A DNA stretch of 64,000 nucleotides, from the NCBI GenBank assembly GCA_030141605.1, contig JAQGDQ010000178.1:1-64000 (forward strand), given 5' to 3'. Below, one piece after another: positions 53,289 to 64,000 of this stretch. Every line of letters begins with the position of its first letter. Position 1 is the stretch's first letter. The stretch comes from Tubiluchus corallicola. Taxonomy: Eukaryota; Animalia; Priapulida. The translations under genes were made by a program, and so were the position numbers. The notes under the pieces are model-generated. The model was not told where the DNA came from. It made no database searches and saw nothing but the letters and a program-made list of their open reading frames with translations.

Positions 53289-53792
53289 CTTCTTCTTCTT
53301 CTTCCCAGCTTTTCCCTATGCGGGGTCGCCATTGTGAATGAGTCTTCTCCACGCATTCCTGTTGTTGACCATCTCTTCATTTATGTCTTCCCTTCCCACA
53401 TGATCTTCACCGACTCTTCTTTTCAGGTGTCCATACCATCGCAATCTTGCGAGGCTTCCACTACTTTTACTGTTCCTCTGATATTATTATTTCTGATTTC
53501 ATCTCTTCTTGTTATTCCCACCATCCATCTCAACATCCTCATTTCCACCGCACCCATTTTCTTCTCTTCGGTCTTCTTTAGAGAAGCTGCTTCCAGCCCA
53601 TGGATTAGAGCGGGTCTGACCACACCACTTCTTTGTGGACTTTGCCTTTAAGTCTCACCGACTCATTCATAGAAGGTTTTGGTGCAGTTTTTACAGGCGG
53701 ATGCCCTTCCTGGCCCTTACCCTCCCTATTTATCCGGGCTTGGGACCGGCACTGAGTTGGGCTGGCTTGCCCCCCCCCCCCGTGGCTAGGTT
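53289..53792 (-). mobile_element. 504-bp bipartite (internally deleted) RTE-clade retroelement: twister 5' head, ORF C-terminus and (GAA)n tail
   Basis: 16-17-bp TSD (t)tgctcagYaaactcat at 53273-53288 and 53793-53808 with 1 mismatch. Peptide VRPALIHGLE...EMRMLRWMVGITRRDEIRN is typical of the RTE RT C-terminus. GAAGAAGAAGAAG tail. Confidence 0.9.
53713..53792 (-). ncRNA. Twister-ribozyme-like motif (type P1), corresponding to the 3' cleavage product
   Basis: Minus strand reads AA CCUA GC CAC G12C AAGCCA GCCC AACUCA GUG CCGG UCCCAAGC CCGG AUAAA UAGG GAGGG. Shows P2 CCUA/UAGG, P4 CCGG/CCGG and pseudoknot partners CCC/GGG and GC/GC. Confidence 0.82.
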
Positions 53793-55120
53793 TGCTCAGC
53801 AAACTCATACTTTCCCAAAATAATAATCATAGGGCATAACTGTGTTATCGGGTGTCTCGTCGACAAATTTTCCAGTACGGTTAACAGTTGTGGGCGCAAA
53901 TATAGCTGAATGATGGAAATGGATAAATACATTGTGTCTGTTGGATAGGTTATCTAACTGAAGCAGACATTGTAGGCCAAGATGTGTAAAATCAATGTAT
54001 ATAACTAGGGCATACAAGAAATGGAGTCGTAAATTGTAATACGTCGAATCTCTGACGTTGCTTTTAGCTTGAAAGCAGAAGCGAGCTTATATTGCATCAG
54101 TAATGCCGTACATGGTCATAATTATAATCAATACCCACAATGCCATTCAGCTATCTGTACTTGCTGTTTATCAGCCAGCATAGAACCTTAATCGTTATAT
54201 AAGCCATGGTTTGTTAAATCCTTTTTTGTTATTTTTATCTCTTGGGGTAGAGGCGCTTTATATATCCCTGTTGTTGCTTCTTTTTGTATGCTACTATATT
54301 ATTTTCTTATAAGCTCCGACATTACCTCCCCATGGGGTGCTACAACCATTTTATTGTCAAGCTAGTGAATGTTGTGTGGATAGGTCATGGAGTAATATCT
54401 CGAATTAACTTGGCTGTTAATGGGTGTTTCATATTATAGCCAATTTGTCTATATTGTTGGCGACATCATGCAAGTACAGACATTATTGCTGTTTCTGATG
54501 CATGCATATAATGCTCCAGTAATTTCCAGTTGCTCTTTCCTGGCTGGTGCAAAACGTGTTGCAGAGTAACTAATATGCATAGTTACCTAATTTTCGCCAA
54601 AAATAAATTGGTACAATTGCTATAGACACAGCACAATTTATGGTTCTTGGACCTTAGTCTGATCTTTATCACGATAAACAAAATATGTGAGCTATTTATG
54701 ACACCCATGCATCCACATTGAGCTGTAATGTGCTGAAATGTTTCAAAAATTCATGAAAATGTAATTCTCTAGAGTTCTCGGAGTGTTAAATTCTCGGAAA
54801 GTTTAAATTGTTACTTTTTCTTTCCGAAGGTGTAATCCGCATTACTTTTTATTGTACCCATACGTGCCGGTGATTTATGAATTTTTACAAAATTTTAATT
54901 CACTTGTATGAGTACAATATGAGAAGTACAGCTTCAGAAGTCAAGTGCAAGGTGGTACATGCTCTGAAAGCTCCATCCCAGTCTGTGGTTTGACCTCAAA
55001 ATGTTCTCATGCTGAAGTCATTGACTGTCCCTAACTAAGTGAACCCATGCTTTTCTGTTTGTTTCTGTACATTTGCCTTCCCTCAGGTATTTACATGTTT
55101 TTCCCATCAGGTAACGTTAG

Positions 55121-55282
<162 letters not shown>

Positions 55283-55522
55283 TAATGTGTTAATTACTGT
55301 GTAACGCGAAGCTGCAGGCTGCTTGTGTTAATTACCCATGACAGCAGAGTTTGCCTAGCTTTCATAAGGTTCACTGACACCCCCGCGTAGTTTCTGATTA
55401 AATGACGTATGGTTGTATTCATAGTGGATGATTATTGTGAAAACCACTTCCTTGTTGTTGCAAGATGCTTTGAGCAATTTGCAGCTTTGTTGAAACATTG
55501 TAAAATAGAAAATTTAAACTAG

Positions 55523-55735
<213 letters not shown>

Positions 55736-57663
55736 TGAGTTGTAGAAGAAAAAACAGAACCTAAGAAATCTTGCACAATACAAATATCTCTCTGTTTAAG
55801 ATTGGTTTTTTTTGTCATCCTCTTTTGAACATGTAAATGGACCACTGGACCCATCTATATTTTTTCCATTAATGTTTGCTAAAGTATTGTTTGGAACATT
55901 TTGTTGAAAGCGAAGAAGCCCAAAAAACAAAAAGTGTCGGTTTTCTTTCAAGCAACTCTTCATTTCAAAGGTTCATAAACGTCCGTATTTATCTTGTCAT
56001 TTCATGTTATTATGTTGCTAAATTTGACAGTCCGTCATGTAAGCCGTGTGCTTTTTGTTTGAAGCAAAGGACAAGTCACTTATCATGTTGGGTTTATTTT
56101 GCTGTTGTAGAGAAACGTAGAGAAATACAACAAAAAAATTTGCAAAAAACTGTCTGAAGCTTAAAGTTAATTTTTGTTGCTACTGTACTCAAATTTTCAT
56201 GTGTAGAGGTACCCGCCATTCACTTGCAAATTATGACATATCTGCTGGTCTTTGCGACTTTTCGTAAACTCGTCGTCGTGGCTTTCTGTAAGTGCGAGCT
56301 GTTTAAGCTAATTCCAATTTCTGCACCTTACCTAATGTTCATGCGAAAATGTCACAAATTTAGTCATCTGATTTTTTGTAAGAACTTATTATACTTTTGA
56401 TGGAAATTGATAGTGCCTTACTATTCTTCAGCCAATGAACGACGTCATTGGTAGAAATATGGTGTTCAAAATGGAAGACACTCAAGAGCGAAATGATCGC
56501 GAGTATTAAAGTGATTTTACTAAATGCATGAGGCGCTTACCACACCTATATTATTAAATCCTTCTAACATTTTTTGCAAGCATTGAAATAAGCTTATCTT
56601 TCCTGGAGGATTGGCCTTTCCTGTAAAAACATCACTTTCGTGTTTATTTATGTTTGGTAAATTATCATATTGATAAGTTAGTCGCAACAAAAAAGACATA
56701 ATGGGCAATGCCATTGCGTAAATTTACTTACCAAAATTTATGAAATTTCTGCTGTTTTAAGCTGTTATGTAACATTTGGTTGTCTAACCAATTATGCTGA
56801 CCAGTATCATCTCTCCCAAGGAAAATTTGGTGGTCAAGCTGTAAGCCTTGACCTTCATTGCAAAAAGAACTTCTTGTGTAGCTACTATGTGTTATGTTTT
56901 GTACGGGGAAAGGAGGCTTTACAGAACATTTATAGTTGAAAATTTGAAAATCAGGAAATATTATTTAAATTTAAGTTAGTTATATGAAAGAACGCTGGTA
57001 ATGCTAGCTTAACATTTCTAAACACGAAATTTTGACGAAAAGGTAAATTTAGAAGCTAAACAGTCTAAAATAACATGCACAAATTGACATGCTAGGAATA
57101 TGAAATAAGATACTGAACACTCTCAAATTTCTCGGTGATATTTCAAAGGCAGTTTGCATCTCTTATCCGTAAATTTTCTGCCAATTCATAGCCAATTTTA
57201 TAGATCTTGGCTCTAATTTGAAGTGCATTCACTTGGGGAGACACGAGAAGTGTCGTTTATGTCAGCAAATTTTATTTACTGTGAAACAAGCATACAGATA
57301 CAGTGCGCATTTTGGATTTCTTTTTATGAAGTAGATCTGCGTGCGAGTGTTTCTATTAAAACACGATGAAAAGAGATCATGTTTATAATTATGTAAATGT
57401 ATAAAAGAATTAAAAGTTGGGGTCGTTTGTTTGACAATGTCGCAAAAGTATTTGGTGTAGTTAGTTTCTCGCTTGACTGAGTACGTATTGTATGTTCGTA
57501 TGTTGACCTTGTGAGACACTCATCTGTATTGCTAGGGCAAGGCACCAGACATTCCTGGTGTGCGTCAAAAATTTAATATTAGAATTTCTTACAATGATCG
57601 GTCTGGCTTGCCACCTTCATTAGTCTGTTTTATTGCCGTGGTTGTTGTTGATGAAATGCTTAA

Positions 57664-58222
57664 AGGCCAAATTTGACATAAAAACAAATTTTTCTTAATA
57701 AGAAAAGCTAACCGTAACTTAAAATTTGACGCTATTGTTGTTAAATTTCATGGTTTTCTTCCTAATGGTATCGGGCCTCGAAGTTGCATTTTCCCCCCAA
57801 AACATTTTGTTCAGTTTTGCTCGTGAAAGTTGCAGTCTGAACTAATATGCTAGCAACAGCCGTTTTGGACACGTCATTTTTGTGATGCTGAATTTGTAAA
57901 CGATGCTACAGAGCTAAATGTGACATGTGACAATCAAACGCAAACGCTGCCTTAACTAGGCAATAATTGCCACTAAGCAATAACTGTAACTAAGCCATAA
58001 CAAATGCCGCATGTAAGTTTATGTAACTAAGGGGTGTATTTCGCTGGCTTCATCTAATGGGCAAAACGTGCCAGACATTCTTCGGAAATGACACCTTCTT
58101 TCAATTTCCCCTTTGCATAAATCACCAAGAAAAAGTAAATAGTATCGGATAATCTTAGTTAGAGCATTTCATTTCTGTTTTTAGTAAAACTAAAACTTCT
58201 AAAAGTATGCTGTATTTGATCT
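57664..58222. mobile_element. TTAA-type DNA transposon, copy 2 (diverged, no nested insert)
   Basis: Shares gaaagctaacc, ttaaatttcatgg, tgttcagttttgctcgtgaaa, tgatgctgaatttgtaaac and aatcttagttagagcattt with copy 1, in the same order. Confidence 0.65.
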
Positions 58223-58348
58223 CAAATAATTTATATTTTTCTATCAGATGGTGAAGATGCCTTCTTTGGTGTGTAAGTTTTTATGTGTCTGCCATCACCG
58301 TCACTTACATATGGTAATGGTTTTCTTTAATTGCCATTTCATTTGTAG

Positions 58349-58573
<225 letters not shown>

Positions 58574-58776
58574 TAGGTGTACGTTACATCTGAGCGTTCA
58601 GTCTTTTTTCAGCAGGTGGCATCGTTGTTTGAAAGGCTGTTCATGCTTGGCGTGGAATATCTCCCATGTGATTGTATCATCTCTCTTTAATAAGTTAAGT
58701 AGCTGGTGACAGTATAGCAGATCAAACCACCTAAAAGTAGTGTTTTTCGCTGGTTACCTTTATATTTGCTGACTAA

Positions 58777-59136
<360 letters not shown>

Positions 59137-60002
59137 TAGTTTAAAACAAAGTGCACAATATTGCAAATATTACTCTTCATGCAGTGTTTAGTGGTATCTT
59201 TATTTAACCGCATGTTGTATGATCACATTGTTGGCAACTTAGGTTACATCTTTTATTGGAAGTGGTGCTGACATGCCACTGGGAACACAAGTCACAGTTT
59301 GCTGGACTATTTGCCATGTTTACTTTTTTATAGTTAATGGCAAAGTTTGCCTACAGTTTGCTAGGTAGATGCGACATGACTTGCTGTAAAATTGGCATTA
59401 ACAAGTGGAAAACTGGATTTTTTTGCTGAAATGTTATATAGCCATATCCTACAATAACAAAAATATAGGACAACGAAGAAAACATCCTGCTTAGTTTTCA
59501 ACACCTAAATTCGCTAGCCGATTTGACTGGCTAAAATTAGGTTTTGAAAACTTACCAGGGTGATGTTTCGTTTGTTGTCCTGTTTGAAAAAATGCCTTAC
59601 CTTACAGAAAGGAGAAAAAGTGGTGACAGACAGATAGACAGACTGACTGACAGAACTGATAATTTTATGATTGCCCAGTTTGTTGGGACAACTATAATGG
59701 CTTTTTTGCACTTATAACTTTCTTGCCATATGGGCGACAAAAAAATCTGACGTGTGACGATTGAATACATGAGCCTTGAATGTTGTAACTCGATTTGTTT
59801 ATGCATAAGAAAGCTGGTGTAGAAGTTCAAAAGTTTTCATCCTCGACTTGACCAAGAAAAGCACTTTAAAACTCTAGTCCAAAACCTGATCATTTGGTTG
59901 TCTTATTTGTCCAGCTAGTACGTTGCAATGTGAGCAATTAGTTTGTCATGTCACAGCCACATTACTGGTACCACAATGACGATTCTTTTTACCATTTTCT
60001 AG

Positions 60003-60073
60003 CATGGACGGTTTCAGAGTTCTGAAGATGAACGAGGTGGTGAGGAACATCGACATTCTTATCACTGCAACTG
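60003..60073 (+). CDS. AHCYL1: AHCYL exon (MDGFRVLKMNEVVRNIDILITAT)
   Basis: ttttctag| and G|gtaagt, in frame with neighbouring exons. Confidence 0.95.
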
Positions 60074-60314
60074 GTAAGTTCGTTGTTTTGAATACTGCAG
60101 AACGTGAGAGATTTGTAATTACTGAGCTATTTCAGTATTTTTAGCAGTTTCGTACCCCGGGCACCAGCATATTTTTGTGGTTTTAACAAAAAAGTGTGGA
60201 TTTCATATTAGTTATTTAGCTAACATTTCCTTTGTTGAATATTTTTCTCAGAAATTACACTGATGTAGACAAAAATGTATAATTGCACAGTGCTATATTA
60301 AATGTTGATAATAA

Positions 60315-60536
<222 letters not shown>

Positions 60537-60948
60537 TAGGCAAATGTTGGTGTTCCTTCTCATTTAGTGCACTTGCAGAAACTTCTTAGTTGGGCTGAAT
60601 AAAATATACGTAAAAAGCAGAATAGCTTTCAGACTATTTGACTTTCAAAATATAACTAACTTTGTGCTGTTGAAGTCTGCTTTAATTGGTGTATGGGAAG
60701 ATATTTGGTGGTTCTGGTTAAGACATTTTTGAAATAAATTGCCTTGGATAGATGACACATTTGACTTTCTTTATCATTTTTTGCAAAACTTTTATAATAT
60801 TCATTAATAATTTGAACTGTACGCCAACAATAATCTCAGACAGGCGAAGAAATTCTTACAAGATTTGTTGCAGTTTATAGAGGCATTGATGGCATCTAAA
60901 TTGATTGAAATTGCCAATGTTTATTTGGCGGTTGAGTGATGTAGCTGA

Positions 60949-61077
<129 letters not shown>

Positions 61078-61336
61078 TAGATTGGACAATTTTGTTCTCT
61101 AAAATACCAAAACAAGCAATTGGCATCCTTTTCACAACATAGAAATTAGGTCAAAGAAACAGAAATATTGCACATTATCAGCAGTGTTGTCAACTTTCGA
61201 TGGTTGAGGGTGACGTTTCTACCCATTGTTATTTCTAAATATTTTGTGAAATGTATTGCATATAACCTTCTAAGACATCAAATAAATAAGTAGGGCAAAC
61301 ATTTGATCATATACATAATTTCGTTTTATCATATAG

Positions 61337-61507
<171 letters not shown>

Positions 61508-61840
61508 TAGCACAGATTTCTGAGTGAACTAAAATAAATTTCTTTTATAACAGATTCACCAGATTGTGACTGTTGTGCAGTTGCGCTTCTTTTATGAATG
61601 AGAACACGTCTCGAGAAGTTGTATTATCTAAAATTCTAAATGAAGTTCATGGAATGGCAAATGTTTTTTTGCAGCACTACATTATAATTACAGCAACGTC
61701 GACTCGTGAAGTCTGAAAATAATCATATACGTAGATGCAGCTATATGAAAATAATCTGTTTATGACATGCTAGTAATGGCACACCACAGCAAAATTCATA
61801 AAATCCAAAAGTAAAAGTTTTGAATGATAAAACACACACA

Positions 61841-62201
61841 CTCATATCTCGGTTTGCCAGCCTCGCTTTTACGGATATCGGAAAATTTGGACAAAATATG
61901 GTCCGTTAAAAGTTTTGCATACTCGCGAACTCGCCTCTTGTTGGCGGGCTGTCACTTGAATACATCATTACACCAGTGTAACCACATATATATCTCTTTT
62001 ATCTAAAAATATAGAGACAATTATTATACGGAGTTATTTGCTGACAGTTTGTATATACTTTTGCATAGGAGCGCGGCCCGTACTAGACGTTTTTGAGACA
62101 ATTAGGCGATTGATTCTACATTACTGTGAGTCTAATACACGACATATACTGTATTAGTATAGTATCGGAAAATAAGGACATTCGGCAAACCGAGAAATGA
62201 G
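61841..62201. repeat. Unclassified inverted-repeat element
   Basis: ctcatatctcggtttgcc (61841-61858) pairs with ggcaaaccgagaaatgag (62184-62201) at 17/18 positions. CpG-rich interior. Confidence 0.5.
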
Positions 62202-62412
62202 CGTATTACTGTTATAAAATTTTTCAAGTCAAAATTTAGCCAAAAGCAATGATGTTGGCCGTTTTTTCATTTTGCATATCTTATATTTGCTAATTTAACT
62301 GTTCGTGAACAAAATGTTTGTAACACTTTTGGTAGCTCGTACTTTACTGTCTTTGACATAAAAAGGTAAATCTTTTATTATGGACATCCGCTTTGCAATT
62401 ATTAATTAGTAA

Positions 62413-62556
<144 letters not shown>

Positions 62557-63384
62557 TAACTTTGCAACTTCTTTTTAGTGATACGTTCTTAGACATATTT
62601 TACACTTAGTCATTGCTGCTTTCCAACTTGATGTTGGTGATTAATTGCTTACATCAGTCTTGTCAGTGAGGCAAGGCCAAATCAACGTGTATTGTTGCCA
62701 TAAAGACACCCAGCCCCGGCTCACTCCTTTGCCCCATGTCATCAGGTGCAGGTTTTGCTGCTCAAGGCATATGTATTATGCGACATTATATATATAAAAC
62801 GAATTTCATTGCTATATATATTCCGCTTAAAAGCTTTATTGACGTCAAAATGAAATTTTAGTTTGATAAATAAGCTGTGGCCACTTGCATGAGTCATTGA
62901 TCATGAAACTTCCTGCTCTGGAATGTGAGCTAATGGCTGTTTCAGATGTTGTGGTTACAACTGTAAATAGAGCAGGCAATAAAGTGAAAACATGGTGACA
63001 AAAAGATGACGACTGTACTATAATGCTATGTAATTATATGAAAAATAACTCAGCCAAGGTGTCTCATCTCCTGTAGCACTCTACCTCACATTTTAAACCG
63101 TGAAAGACTGGTTATGTTTTTAACGTAACATACTTTTATTAAAATTTCAACTTTTTTAAGTTTTTTTTGCCATCTTGGCGCTCAGAACACGTGCTTAGTC
63201 TGCTTATGCACTAATCCGCTCCTGCAGGTTGCAAGTGGAATTCTAGATTCTGGTCACTCACAGGATTTTCTCATTTTGTCTGTAGAAGCTGATTGGTGTT
63301 TGACCTCAGGTTTACGTACTTCTGCATGTTACGTATGTCAATGAATTTGCTTTCTAATTCCGAAATGTTTTTTTTACTTTTCAG

Positions 63385-63391
63385 ATATTAA
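63385..63391 (+). CDS. AHCYL1: AHCYL terminal coding exon (completes R, then Y and stop); 3' UTR follows
   Basis: Long pyrimidine tract ttttttacttttcag|A TAT TAA yields the conserved YYRY* C-terminus. Confidence 0.88.
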
Positions 63392-64000
63392 CATCACACA
63401 GGAGCATAAATTGTGCATTTACTTGGAGGGAAGACAGATAGACACACAGGAAAAGAGAGAGAACATGAAAATTTATTGACACTGTACATATTAAAAAACG
63501 TTTAAATAGTGAATTTTCCCATAGTTTTCTCTATTTACTCTACTACCGAGTTGAGTTTATTCATTGTTTATAAGCAATCTTTTTTGCATTTGAGTTTGTT
63601 TCTATATCAGTATTGCCAGACAAGTTACAGCTAGCCTTTGGGCATTTGGTGCCCTGATAAATGATTTTGTTCGTGAAATTTTGGGTAACTTGGTTTATAA
63701 GACCATCAGTAACATAGTCAGTCGTACGTGCTGCCATCTATGTGGGTGTTTTGGTAGATTGTGCATCATGCTACATTAGGCGGATAGGCAGGCAGTTCCT
63801 TGCATTTTCTTTCTGTTCTTTAAAACTACGTGCACAGCATGCACTGATTTTTCATTGTGCTGATGTGTTTAGCTTTGCTGAAATGCCCAGGTTTTTAACT
63901 TAGAAAAAAATGAAAATATCCTGAAAGTTCTTTAAGTACATTATTATTTGTGTAAGTAATGGGGCAATACAAACATTACTTGATGCTCCTGGTGCATGGA

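Noticed and set aside
62690-62770. CTGATGA on the minus strand as a hammerhead core
   Set aside because: No correctly placed GAAA or stems.

Overview
AT-rich, intron-rich invertebrate-type animal genomic DNA, not a prokaryote; nearly all ORFs in the track are spurious. One large + strand gene spans most of the window: an S-adenosylhomocysteine hydrolase-like protein (AHCYL1/AHCYL2, IRBIT family). Fourteen core coding exons (20958..63391) splice in frame at GT-AG junctions to 485 aa, from the IRBIT Ser-rich motif through the SAHH fold to the C-terminal ...PNYYRY*. Several phase-compatible candidate alternative N-terminal exons lie upstream (about 6.5 kb with 8.9 kb, 10.0 kb, 16.0 kb, 19.5 kb). 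An internal one at 45 kb would replace half of the IRBIT phospho-motif. Three of these exons carry their own PP1 RVxF-type motif. The introns hold MITEs, minisatellites and, most notably, two short TSD-flanked antisense RTE-type retroelements from different families. Both begin with a twister-ribozyme-like fold showing covarying stems, and one starts at the predicted self-cleavage site. All calls come from manual reading; no database search was run.
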